The notes below the pieces were generated by a model, which was given only the letters and a program-made list of their open reading frames with translations, ran no database searches and was not told the origin of the DNA. DNA of 64,000 nucleotides from Octopus vulgaris (taxonomy: Eukaryota), in contig OX597827.1 of NCBI GenBank assembly GCA_951406725.2, positions 64,294,001 through 64,358,000 of the forward strand. The letters are read 5' to 3'. Made by a program: the position numbers and the translations under genes. Positions 40,756 to 52,410 of the stretch are shown here, piece after piece. How positions within the stretch are numbered: position 1 is the first letter of the stretch; every line of letters starts with the position of its first letter.

Positions 40756-41930
40756 AGCTTCCAGAATTTCTACATCACTCTCTCAGAACTATTACCAAGA
40801 TTTATCTCTACTGAATTCCAGTGGTTAACACAAAACTTCTTTGCTATTTTTACCTTTTTCTTTTCTAGTTCCTGTTGTGTATGCATACATACAGATGTAT
40901 GTGGGAGTGGACACGAGTGTCAATGGCTTTTGTGAACTGCCTCATGTACCGACGGTGTACTGTCGTTTTGAACACCCAGGGAGGGCATACTGCGGATCGT
41001 CATAACTTTCAGAAAAACCGACATTTTTATGATGAAATTTTCTATGAATATGTCTTATACCATGTAGATTCCAAATATACAAAATTTTTCCAGAAAATTG
41101 TTTTAGGAGTGGTGGGGGAGGCGTTTCGGAAAATTCACCCCGTTGAGTCCACCTCAACTTTCAGGAAAATGGATATTTTTTAATGAAATTATCTACAAAT
41201 AGACCTTGGACTACATAGTTTCCGAGCATATAGGAGTTTTTTTTTTTGGGGGGGGGGGACAATTGGGGGTTATTTTTTTAGAATAGTTTCCTTCTCAAGG
41301 TTATTTTGGAACAATTAATCCATATTTGTTACATTTTCTCCACTTTGTGCATCTGTAGATTTCTATTCAAGCAACAGGCAATGATGGTAAAGGAAGCCCC
41401 CACCAGAAAACTCATGCTGAAAATAACAGCTGTCTGGTACACAAATACATGTTAAGACAACCTATCTGCTGTATATGATTTTTTCCCCTACTTTAAGTAA
41501 ATACCCAGATAAATGGTTCTTATAGAAAGGCAGAAGACACCAGAAGCAAAAATAAAATCTGGTGCAGTACAACAAAAGTAAAGAGAAAGAAATGTCTATA
41601 CAAAACTGGTTGACTGACAGGGTAGTGTGCTTTTCGAGTTGAGTGTCGGTTTTTCTGAGTTGGTGGTGATGATATTGTGAGTTATTGAAACTTTGTTATT
41701 GTTGAACGATCGCCTCTCCGCTAAATTCTTAGAATTCCTTCACCTCCCTCCTGACCGGCTTGTCTCCCTTGCCAAAAGGGCAGTGCATAGTGCAGAAATT
41801 TTATCCAATCAGGGACAAGCATTTTTTTTTATGCTGACGTGTCAATGAAGAATTCAGTGACTGGTTGATGTGGAACCGTCATTCAAATCCAAAAGTGGAA
41901 CAATGTTAACTTGGTTTAATTATTTGACAT

Positions 41931-41962
<32 letters not shown>

Positions 41963-42515
41963 AAAAAATTTAGAAGTGAGCAAGAAATGAAGTCGCACTG
42001 GCTTAACAACTAAAACTTTATGAGGGCTATAAGCCACCCAATGTACGATACAGTAATGAAGAAAGTATTAGAATGCATAAAATTAAAAACACTTGTGCCA
42101 TTTAAAGAAAAATTCGAGAGCATGAACTGGGAACTTTTTGATAATAACAAAAATGAATATATGGACAAAGATATGTCACTGAAAGTCTTCAAAAGTATTT
42201 TAATGACACAAGACATTTGCGAAGCGCTATTCGTACAAAACGTTTGGGAAACTTTAACAAAGAAAAAACCCAAAAGAAACCTTTCAGTTCTGAGAGGATT
42301 ACCAAACACCGGCAAATCCATGATAGCACACACGTCAGCACCATTCAAGGTACCAGCAGCTTTCCGTTTCAGAATCTGATAAACGTAGAAATTGGTCTAA
42401 TTGAAGAGCCAAACTTCACCCTCAAAACATTACAAACATTTAAAAAATTAGCCGAGGGAACTGATACGGAAGTGTTAGTTAAATTCAAGCAAGATCAAAT
42501 TAAACAGAACTCATA
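41963..42515 (+). pseudogene. NS1: Parvovirus/densovirus NS1 SF3 helicase fragment (type A)
   Basis: KPKRNLSVLRGLPNTGKS; FPFQNL..IGLIEEP..QTFKKLAEG; aligns by eye with type B. Confidence 0.8.
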
Positions 42516-42524
42516 AAAGTTATA

Positions 42525-43165
42525 TGTCCAGGAAAAGAAAAAAATGACTCTAGAGATGGTATACATAGCTATCAATAAATAGAATGACAGTCTATTGCAT
42601 GACATTGATAACACCCCATCAGCAGAACGGGTTCGAACACACAGGGTATTACCCAAACATACGGAAATCTACTAAATCGATCAGTTAAACTTGGAAACTA
42701 TACGCTCTAAATATAAAGCTGACATTTACGGTCCTCGACAAATCTTACATGAGTCGTTCGAGGACATATGTCGAAATTTCATCCCACAAACAGCCGAAAA
42801 AACAAAGACGACCATTTAAGGTAGGTGGTGTCTTGCATTCAGGTAGGCTGCATAAATGTGTGTGGCCTGTCGTCGAACTGGAAGCAAGGGCGCTTCCTAA
42901 ATGACGTCAGGTCACACCATTTGCAAATACGTGACATGAGCGTTACACCAGTACGTGAAGAACCAAATAAGACCCCCTCATTGACTCAGGAAGAAATAAT
43001 TTTTCTCGCATGAGGAAATAGGTACGGCACTGTGGTAGTGTAGTTTAGAACTGAAGGAACTGCTTGGAGGATGGCAGCAAGAACTGTAAAAACAGACAAA
43101 GTAATTCTTTTCCACTCATATATAGGAAGAAAAACAACCAGAATCAAGGTGGAAATATTTTGCAC
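42525..43165 (+). pseudogene. L1/Tx1-like LINE pieces (ORF1 end, ORF2 start, ORF1 internal), recurring at 47250-47700, 48547-48775 and 49247-49550
   Basis: IQVGCINV(R/C)GL resembles the APE N-terminal motif and follows the ORF1 stop; repeated blocks. Confidence 0.55.
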
Positions 43166-44300
43166 AGTTGACTGCCCTAGATGCCATTTACAATGTACAC
43201 TCCGAAAAAATACAAGCATCTTCCGATGTAGAAGGACTGTTCGCCGTCGAAGACAAAGGCCAACGCAATGTGGATATTCTATATCGCTATACAACAACAC
43301 TTTTTTTGGAGCGGAGTCAGATACCACTCTGTAAAGTCCTGTTATTTATAAATTACTTCCTTACAGACTGTTGGTCGCATGCATTAGTCATGGAAAATTT
43401 AAACATTTCATATCCAACCTCAATTGATTGGCGATCCTTCTGCTTGGAGGTTTGTCAGCATTGGGTTGAAAATTACCAGGACCAAATCGGTGGACCAGGA
43501 GTTGAAGTAGAGATCGATGAGACGGTTATTGTAAGAAGAAAGTACAATCGTGGAAGACTCCCAAAAACTATCTGGCTTTTCGGTGCGGTAGAGCGAGTAG
43601 CCAAAACAAAAGTTTTGATATCTCTTTCATCTGAGTGTGGTGAAGAGGAAAGGCGAGATGCCGCCACACTGATCCCCTTAATTACCCGATATATACGCCA
43701 AGGGTCCATAGTATATAGTGATTCTTGGAAGTGCGTCAGGGTAGGGGGGGGGAGGGAGGCTGAATGTATATAAATATCATTTCAATGCAACTTTCAATAT
43801 AATTAGAAGACTACTAGCTATAATGCCTCACACACCAAGATACCATCGCTTCTGTTTCACACTGAACAACTACAATGAGGAAGATGTACATAGAATTAAT
43901 AATTTGGACCATATACGTTACATGGTTGTGGGAAAGGAAATATCCACCACTGGAACTATACATCTTCAGGGATATATTCACACTGTTGTTAGAGTTAGCC
44001 TTAAGGCTATGAAAAAAAGGATTTCTCCGAGAGCACATGTCGAGATGGCAAAAGGATCAGAAAAACAGAATATAGATTACTGTCAGAAAGAAGGAGATTA
44101 CTTCACCAAAGGAGAGACTATTGAAGGGGAAATTTAGAAATTCCGCATCAACCACAATGAAAATTTTGTTGATCCCACAAACGCATCGGTGCACACACAG
44201 ACGATAGAGAGATTGTGGGGGTCAGTTAAGAGATCAGTTGTTTGCCCAGGGATTCGTGCCTGTTATTTAAAGCAATACCTCGCCAAGTTCCTACTTATGG
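43165..44300 (+). pseudogene. Merlin transposase family D, split by the CRESS Rep insertion
   Basis: IGGPGVEVEIDET..RRKYNRGR..WLFG..YSDSW, resumes INHNENFVDP..HTQTIERLW at ~44140. Confidence 0.85.
43823..44137 (+). CDS. rep: CRESS-DNA virus (circovirus-like) Rep, N-terminal HUH endonuclease domain only
   Basis: RCR motif I CFTLNN, motif II HLQGY, motif III YCQKEG; TATA-like tatataaa at ~43768; no helicase half. Confidence 0.85.
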   Translation: MPHTPRYHRFCFTLNNYNEEDVHRINNLDHIRYMVVGKEISTTGTIHLQGYIHTVVRVSLKAMKKRISPRAHVEMAKGSEKQNIDYCQKEGDYFTKGETIEGEI

Positions 44301-44660
44301 AAACCAAATGGACACAAACAAATATTGGAACACAATCATTTTCACATAATGTGGAAATGTAGTTCTCAACGTTGTCCATCAAATGACAGCACTTGGCAGA
44401 AAACTATCCAGGAATACTGGAAGGCTACAGGGTAAAAGCATAAGATACCAAACGCACAGCGTGTAAAATTTCCATCTGCATAAGCTAATTACTTTTGCAA
44501 ACCCCCTAGGCAATTCTTATTAACTACAACAGATGAAACAATTCAGCAACTTAATGATTGGTGTCATGAAGACTACATGGAAACCAACAGACAAACTTCA
44601 CCTAATAAACCATCAGTCTCTTTCCAACAACATTTCAGGGAAATCAATGAAGCTCTTTAA
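44300..44660 (+). pseudogene. Probable parvovirus NS1 N-terminal HUH nuclease fragment
   Basis: One frame reads EHNHFHIMW (HUH) ... NYFCKPPR (Y..K), with two stops. Confidence 0.5.
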
Positions 44661-44849
44661 CTACATAAAATATCTTTAGGGTTACACATAATTTTTTTCT
44701 CTTATTTCTTAATTTACTTTCTTTTATATAATTTGTAATATCGAACGGATAATGTAAACGTTTATCTTCATATTCTAGTCTGTATAATTTGTAACATCTT
44801 TGTTGCACATTCGAAAAATTGTTTTGTTGCTACCCACTGTTGGGTATGC

Positions 44850-45205
44850 AAGCTGCAGGCAAAAGCATGTCTGCTGAACCGATGTTAGGAGATAAAAGAC
44901 TGGACCACCTTCTACACAAGAGGAAGGAAGTACACTACTGTAGAGGTGGGGTTTACAAGTGAAGAAGAAGCAATGAGACACGCCACTATGGTCTTGAAAA
45001 CAACTAGGTGGGTACTCTTACCTACCTATTGCAGAAGACGAGCCGCGAGAGTAAGGATTGGAAAAGAGCCACCAGAAAAGAACGTATAAAGGCTGGTAGC
45101 AGCCATAATATACAATTGCAAAGATGTGGTGGAAATTCTCAAAGTAGAAAAGTCAAGAGATATCAACTGGTGGGGTTATGGTGTGAAGCCACAAGCTCCG
45201 ACGGG
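44850..45205 (+). pseudogene. LINE ORF1 fragment (paralog of the 43000 and 45756 pieces)
   Basis: RGRKYTTVEVGF..MVLKT..VLLPTY resembles GNRYGTVVV.F..TVKT..ILFHSY. Confidence 0.45.
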
Positions 45206-45209
45206 TCCC

Positions 45210-45485
45210 AGCAATCCTTCTAAAGGGGCTCTAACAAGACTACTTTAGATTCTCTTCCAGAGTCTTCCTTGCAACTGGGAGGTCTGCATATGTCATTTCT
45301 ATAATGGAGGTAGTAGAGTAATTGTTAAAAATTATAAACCTGTCTCTCTAACTTCACCTGTCAGCAAAGTCATGGAATACATTGTCAGGAAGAAACTCCT
45401 TGCATTCCTTGTAAATAATGACTTGCTCCCTGACACCCAGCATGGCTTCCGCTCAAGAAGAAGCTGCCTTACACAGCCTTTGTAA
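45210..45485 (+). pseudogene. CR1/Jockey-group RT fragment
   Basis: NYKPVSLTSPVSKVMEYIV..QHGFRSRRSCLTQ. Confidence 0.75.
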
Positions 45486-45537
45486 CATGCTTTGAGAAGA
45501 GCCATGAAAAGTCAACCTGCAACTGTGTGTAATAATC

Positions 45538-45585
45538 AGGAGAAGCCATGCCACGGTGAAATTTGTGGAAAAACTTGTTCCTTGG
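45538..45585 (+). pseudogene. Degenerate C2H2 zinc-finger remnant; similar pieces at 49637-49680 (+) and ~58700-58760 (-)
   Basis: EKPCHGEICGKT and EKPHHSEICGGT versus the consensus EKPYHCEICGKTF. Confidence 0.5.
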
Positions 45586-46374
45586 TCTGGGATGGATTTT
45601 CAATATAATCCACATAATTTCAAATCCTTTAAATACAAGCTATAAGGTCATGTCCAAAAAGTGGTGGTGAGTAAGAGAATTAATCCTTTAGCATTTAAAC
45701 AGGCTACATCTGGCCCCATCACTCGTTTTATGTTCAAGCTGGCCAAATTCAGCCAATGCCTGCAAAAAATGAAACCGTGGAAAAGTGTCTGGCGCCCATT
45801 TGGGACAAAATTGTATATACAGGAAAGAGAGTAAGAAGTGCTACAGTTGAGGTGCATTTCACAGATGCCGAAACGACAAAGCAAATATCTACGCAGACAT
45901 TGAGGAATGATGAAATAATCCGCATTCAGCTGAGAGGGACTGAGTGCTCGTGTGTCAGTAGAAGGAAGAAGACCGAGGTGTTTCAAGTGTTGGAGAGAAG
46001 GGATATGTAATGCCAGAATGTGGAAAAGTAAAAAATGGCAAAGAAGGTAGATGTTCCTCCCGCAAAAGAGAAAAAGTATGGAAACTAACAAGGAGGCGAA
46101 AAAAATGGGGGGAAAAAAAAACCTGAGAAAGAGAAAGAAAAAGGGAGTTACCGTTATGAAAGAGTGTACTTGGAGGACCAGAATGAAAGGAGTTGCAAAC
46201 AAGAACCTATATCTCTGGCACAGGCTCGCTGAATTTCTTCAGATACCATCTGAAGAGCAATATAGGGCTGAAGAGAAGACAACTGTCACAGGGGATATAC
46301 AAGAAAAGATGGAAGGATGTTGTGAGGAAGTTGGGAGTGACTGTCCCTACTTAACCCTTTCATCACTAACCCGG

Positions 46375-46795
46375 CCAAGAGAACCTATTGTTATTTAAAT
46401 GTAAAAAAACCGGCGATTGGTATCGATTAGACTATAATAATTACAAATCGCTAATTATGAAGGAACTACAAAAAAAATATAAGATCACATCTATAGAAAA
46501 CCTGAAGGATATTAACCGAAAAATAAAAGAAGTAATGACCAAACTGGATCTACTAGGTAAGACTGAACCTCTCAAACCTCAGGAGCCAAGGACTAACATC
46601 AAGGACCATAAAAAAGGACTCCCGGAAAACAGGAGTAAGACTAATATGCCCAACTAAGTCAGATATAGGAAGACTTAGCAAAACCATTCTGGACAGTTAT
46701 TCCATGGATTAAACCTCACATTCCACTCAATTTATGGATCAATACTGATGATGTTCTAGAGTGGTATAACTCCATTATTGATAGAAATGGTTGAC
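46375..46795 (+). pseudogene. Penelope-like element RT N-terminal fragment (second family)
   Basis: KC.KTGDWY..Y..LI..KYK, IKDHK and LWINTDDVLEWY match KADKT / LKDHK / QW.NT..VI.WF. Confidence 0.6.
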
Positions 46796-46799
46796 CGAC

Positions 46800-47660
46800 C
46801 TAGCAGAGCCAGAGCCTTAAAGTTACCATCCAGGCAGCACCAGAAATGCTAGAAGAAATTGTAGAGAACATCAACTTCAGTGAAGAGATCACTTTGCGAG
46901 TGGTGGTAGAGGGGCAAAAACCCCGGTGCTACAAATGGGCCACATTTGAGTGGACTGCCCCACCCGCAAAAAAGGAAGAAGGAAGCGGTGATGTGTTGAA
47001 AGGCGAAAGGATAAAGAAGGGAAAAAACAACAGGACGCCGACAGAAGAAAACGATTTCACTCCAGTGAGACAAAGAAAAACTCCTAAAAGAAGCACAAAA
47101 ACCCCAAGCACAAACAAGAAAAAAAAATACCCCACCCCACCACAAGAACCGCCCCCCCCCCCCCCTGCATCCAACTCTAGACAACCACCCCTACCCCTCA
47201 GTGCTGAACAATTTCCTCCCCACCCAGACTCCACCCTATCACCCCCACAATGTCCAGGAAAAGAAAAAAATTACTCTAGAGATGGTATACAAAGCTATCA
47301 ATAAATAGAATGACAGTCTATTGCATGACATTGATAACACCCTATCAGCGGAACGGGTTCGAACACACAGGGTATTACTCAAACATACGGAAATCTACTA
47401 AATCGATCAGTTAAACTGGGAAACTATACGCTCTAAATATAAAGCTGACATTTACGGTCCTTGACACAACTTACACGAGTCGTTGTTCGAGGACATATAT
47501 CGAAATTTCATCCCACGAACAGCCGAAAAAACAAAGACGACCATTTAAGGTAGGTGGTGTCTTGCATTCAGGCTGGCTGCATAAATGTGCGTGGCCTGTT
47601 GTCGAACTGGAAGCAAGGGCGCTTCCTAAATGACGTTAGGTCAAACCATTTGCAAATACG
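46800..47660 (+). pseudogene. L1/Tx1-like LINE ORF1 C-terminal half plus ORF2 start
   Basis: LRVVVEGQKPRCYK (eroded zinc knuckle), K/P-rich tail, then INVRGL. Confidence 0.55.
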
Positions 47661-47699
47661 TGACATGAACTTTACCAGTATGTGAAAAACCAAATTGGA

Positions 47700-48546
47700 A
47701 ATATTTTGCACAGTTGACTGCTCTAGATGCCATTTACAATGTACACTCCGAGAAAATACAAGCATCTTCTGATGTGGAAGGACTGTTCGCCGCCGAAGAC
47801 AAAGGCCAATGCAATGTGGATATTCTATATCGCTATACAACAACACTTTTTTTCGAGGGGAGTCAGATACCACCCTGTAAAGTCCTGTTATTTATAAATT
47901 CCTTATAGACTGTTGGTCGCATGCATTAGTCATGGAAAATTTAAACATTTCATATCCGACCTCGATTGATTGGCGATCCTTCTGCTTGGAGGTTTGTCAG
48001 CATTGGGTTGAAAATTACCAGGACCAAATCGGTGGACCAGGAGTTGAAGTAGAGATCGATGAGACGGTTATTGTAAGAAGAAAGTACAATCGTGGAAGAC
48101 TCCCAAAAACTATCTGGCTTTTCGGTGCGGCAGAGCGAGTAGCCCAAAAAAAAGTTTTGATACCTCTTTCATCTGAGTGTGGTGAAGAGGAAAGGCGAGA
48201 TGCCGCCACACTGATCCCCTTAATTACCAGATATATACGCCAAGGGTCCATAGTATATAGCGATTCTTGGGCTGCATATAACTCTTTTAGAAATCTCGGC
48301 TATACCCACTTCCGCATCAACCACAATGAAAATTTTGTTGATCCCACAAACGCATCGGTGCACACACAGACGATAGAGAGATTGTGGGGGTCAGTTAAGA
48401 GATCAGTTGTTCGCCCAGGGATTCGTGCCTGTTGCTTAAAGCAATACCCCGCCAAGTTCCTATTTACAGAAAGCATCAAACCTACAGCCAAGAGAATACA
48501 CGTATTCTTATTGGCAGCAGCAAGTCTTTATCCTGGCCCGAGATAA
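47700..48546 (+). pseudogene. Merlin transposase family D, uninterrupted copy (ORF 47932-48546); third partial copy at 48775-49247
   Basis: VEIDET, SDSWAAY, INH..FVDP..HTQTIERLW. Confidence 0.9.
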
Positions 48547-49794
48547 TTTCATCCCACGAACAGCCGAAAAAACAAAGATGACCATTTAAGGTAGGTGATG
48601 TCTCGCATTCAGGTAGGCTGCATAAATGTGCGTAGCCTGTCGTTGAACTGGAAGCAAGGGCACTTCCTAAATGACGTCAGGTCACAGCATTTACGTATAA
48701 GAGACCTGAGCAGTACACCCACACTCATATCTGGGAAGAATAACAACCAGAATCAAGGTGGAAATATTTTGCACAGTTGACTGCCCTAGATGCCATTTAC
48801 AATGTACACTCCACGAAAATACAAGCATCTTCTGATGTGGAAGGACTGTTCGCCGCCGAAGACAAAGGCCAACGCAATGTGGATATTCTATATCGCTATA
48901 CAACAACACTTTTTTTCGAGGGGAGTCAGATACCACCCTGTAAAATCCTGTTATTTGTAAATTACTTCCTTACAGACTGTTGGTCGCATGCATTAGTCAT
49001 GGAAAATTTAAACATTTCATATCCGACCTCGATTGATTGGCGATCCTTCTGCTTGGAGGTTTGTCAGCATTGGGGCTGAAAATTACCAGGACCAAATCGG
49101 TGGACCAGGAGTTGAAGTAGAGATTAATGAAACAGTTATTGTAAGAAGAAAGTATAATTGTGGAAGACTCCCAAAAACTATCCGGCTTTTCGGTGGGATA
49201 GAGCGAGTAGCCAAAAAAAAAAATTTTGATACCTTTCATCTGAGTGTGGGCTGCATAAATGTGCGTAGCCTGTCGTCGAACTGGAAGCAAGGGCGCTTCC
49301 TAAATGACGTCAGGTCACAGCATTTACGTATAAGAGACCTGAGCAGTACACCAGTACGTGAAGAACCAAATAACACCCCTCATTGACTCAGGAAGACAGA
49401 GGAGGAAATAGGTACGGCACTGTGGTAGTATAGCTTAGAACTGAAGAAACTGCTTGGAGGATGGCAGCAAGAACTGTAAAAACAGACAAAGTAATTCTTT
49501 CACACTCATATCTGGGAAGAAAAACAACCAGAATCAAGGTGGAAGTATTTTGTGTAATGTGATTAATGAAATGCTTGCAAATAAAAACCTTTTTCCTTTT
49601 TTAAACCTTATTCAAAGTGAATATGAGGTCGGCCTGAGAGAAACCACACCACAGTGAAATTTGTGGAGGAACTTTAACCTTAGTTCAAAAAGACTTTCAA
49701 AAATGGTCCCAAAGTATGGGAGTCAAATAATGAAACAAGGAGTTCAGTACTCTAATAAGAAATTTATACGTGTATGTATTTATTACACATGCAT

Positions 49795-50780
49795 ATAGAA
49801 TGATGGTGGGCTATAAAGGCCGGGTACGTTTCTGACAGTATATGCCCCGAAAGCCCACAAAATGGGGGATCAAAGTTTGGAAGATTTGCGAATCAAATAC
49901 TGGGTGCTGCTCAGGATTCGAATTTTATACAGGCAAAAGAGACAATCATGTAAGTCAGCATGGCCTAGGGTACGATGTGGTCCGGAATTTATCACTTCCA
50001 TACCATAACCAGGGCCGTATATTATTTTATTGACAGATTTTTCAGTTCGATCAAACTTGCAGAGAATTTAGATACTGTGGCAACACATACATGTGCTACA
50101 GTGATCGCTAGTAGAAAAGGACTGCCGTTGGATATAAAAAAAAAGGTGAAATGGCTTCTGCATATCCAAGTCTAAAAGGAATTAATCACCGCGATATTGC
50201 CATCAACGGCAGAAAGGAAATTTGCTAGCGACCGCGATCAATTGTCTGTCTACCTGTGCACGGCCACATGTGGATGAAAATGGCACGCCGTTTGTGAACC
50301 TTAATTATAACAAGTAGATGGGTGGAGTAGATCGGCTGAATCAGATGATGTCTTACTATCCAGTTGGCAGACCGGGGAATAAATGGTCATGATAACTGGT
50401 TTGGTATATAGTAAACATGAGTATTACTAATGTGTTTATACTATATGCCAAATCAGGACCGGCTCGGAAGCGATGCGACCATCTACAGTTCCGAGCAGAT
50501 GTAGTAACGCAACTAAGAGCTGGTTATTCCTAAAAAAAAAAAATAACCGTAGGGAGAAAAAGCAATGCCTGCCAGAGGGATATCCTTCTGAATTCAGCCG
50601 ATCTCCATAAATTAGAAAAAAATGGAGGGTCGCAAAAGGCAGTGTCGTGAATGCCTTCATCAAACAAGGAAAGCTCCTAGTGGAAGGGCTGTTGAAACAA
50701 CTTTCCAATGTGCATTCTGCAAGGTTGCATTATGTAGAGCAGGGTGCTTAACAAATTTTCACGATATGAATATTGTTTGA
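49795..50780 (+). pseudogene. piggyBac transposase (catalytic core plus C-terminal Cys-rich domain), degenerate
   Basis: QYMPRKPTKWGIKVW, FYTGK, DRFFSS, MGGVDRLNQM, C..C...TTFQCAFCKVALC. Confidence 0.85.
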
Positions 50781-51058
50781 TTTGTATATATGTGTGATTT
50801 GATTTTATAAATATTTTCAAAATTACTTCGTTTTTCTTTTTCTTTGTGTAATTTTAATTATAAATAAATATATTCTTGCATTATTTATTCATTATTGTTG
50901 TTTTTAAAAAAGAAATCAAACCAAATCTGCACAAATGACCACCACCGCGATCACATCCACCAATCAGCATGACCACTGACCACCACCGAAACCGCGCGTA
51001 ATTCAAAGTTTGAATGTTCTTCACTTTGATATCAACACGTGCGAAAAAATTTTCAATA

Positions 51059-51482
51059 TGGCTTCTGCATATCCAAGTCTAAAAGGAATTAATCACCGCG
51101 ATATTGCCATCGCCACGGCGATGTGATACCAGAAGATATTTTTTAGTGGCAGTGGAAGATCGGACAGCCGACACCCTTTTACAAATTATACAAGAGCATA
51201 TATTGCCTTGTACAACCATAATTTCCGACCTTTGGCGTTCGTATAACACGCTCAATCAGCTAGGATACAGGCATTTGACCTTGAATCATTCAATAAATTT
51301 TGTTGATCCGGTAAGATTTGCCACAACCCACCATATAGAATGTTTATGGAAGCATGTGAAGAATCGCAACAAAAGAGAAAATGGAACAGCCCGAAATTTA
51401 CTTCAGACCCATCTCATCGAATTCATGTGGCGTTATGAATTTAAGGACGAAATATTCGGAAAGTTATTGGAGCAAATTCGAC
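51059..51482 (+). pseudogene. Merlin transposase family E (start fused to C-terminal half)
   Basis: FLVAVEDRTADTL..ILP.TTIISDLWRSY..LNHSINFVDP..IECLW..EFMWR. Confidence 0.85.
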
Positions 51483-51862
51483 AGTTTGAAAGAGGGGACA
51501 GAGAGAGAGTTCTAAAATCTAACCAATCAGAGCTAACTGACTTCTTACCATGTGCTCTTGTATACTTTATTTTCACCAGATGAACTGTGAGATAAAATTA
51601 ATTACGTCTGTTAAATATTATTAAATATGTTATATGAGATAGAAAGTATCGTCAAAGACTTCGATACCATATATTCCTTCCTAAAGGAGAAAAATTTTGA
51701 GCAGCGTTTCTCCGCTTTGTGCAAAATGCCAGAGAGAAATGACTGATAAAACATAAAGAAAAGATATTTCGGTGCCCAACACACAAAGGGGAAAAAGTAT
51801 CAATTAGGAAGAAATCCTATCTTGAAAATAGTAAATTGAAATTACATAACTTTATGCACTTC
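51482..51862 (+). pseudogene. Merlin family B upstream region and 5' coding end (diverged copy of 33185-33560)
   Basis: Shared agtttgaaagaggggacagag..ctaaccaatcagagc and MLYEIESIVKDFD. Confidence 0.8.
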
Positions 51863-51933
51863 TGTATGTGTGTGCAAACAGATGTATGTATACATCATTA
51901 CAGTTGTGACGATTTCTAATAAAAAAGAATCTC

Positions 51934-52003
51934 TGAGAGAGGAGAGAGAGGAGAGAGGAGAGAGAGGAGAGAGAGAGAGGGGAGAGAGAGGAGAGAGAGA
52001 GAG

Positions 52004-52083
<80 letters not shown>

Positions 52084-52140
52084 GAGAGAGAGGAGAGAGA
52101 GAGAGAGAGAGAAAGTGTGTGTGTGTGTGTGTGTGTGTGC
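51934..52140. repeat. (GA)n-(GT)n microsatellite
   Basis: Direct reading. Confidence 0.95.
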
Positions 52141-52184
52141 ACATATGTATGGGTATATAACACGCATGCATGGAACTTACGGGC

Positions 52185-52410
52185 GTTGAATTGCTTAATT
52201 ACCTCGTAACTTCTACGGATTAAAAATAAAATATTTGTGCTACGCATTCGACACTTTAGCTCCGTCAGAAGAAAAAGAGGCTTTCAAACAAAGATATATT
52301 AGATACAAGTTACCGAATCCAGCATACTTTCTTGTAAAAATCTAAACTTAAGCTCAACCCAGCCATATGGGAAATACTTTTTGATAATCATGCTACTGAA
52401 TTACAAATTG
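52185..52410 (+). pseudogene. Probable NS1 helicase C-terminal fragment
   Basis: LITS, EEKEAFKQRYIRY and KLNPAIWEIL parallel EEQALKNRLFIY..KLNLLMW of type C. Confidence 0.5.

Noticed and set aside
45545-45575. snRNA Sm-site-like AATTTGTGG (also ~49658)
   Set aside because: Better explained as the EICG codons of a zinc-finger remnant; no snRNA structure
31845-51482. Bacterial IS1595/ISXO2 elements or contamination
   Set aside because: They are embedded among eukaryotic repeats; Merlin is the eukaryotic relative, and matching MITEs with TSDs lie in the host flank
27561-52410. One intact integrated virus or giant composite transposon (Polinton/Teratorn-like)
   Set aside because: The NS1 pieces are mutually divergent and broken; no capsid, polymerase or enclosing TIRs were recognised
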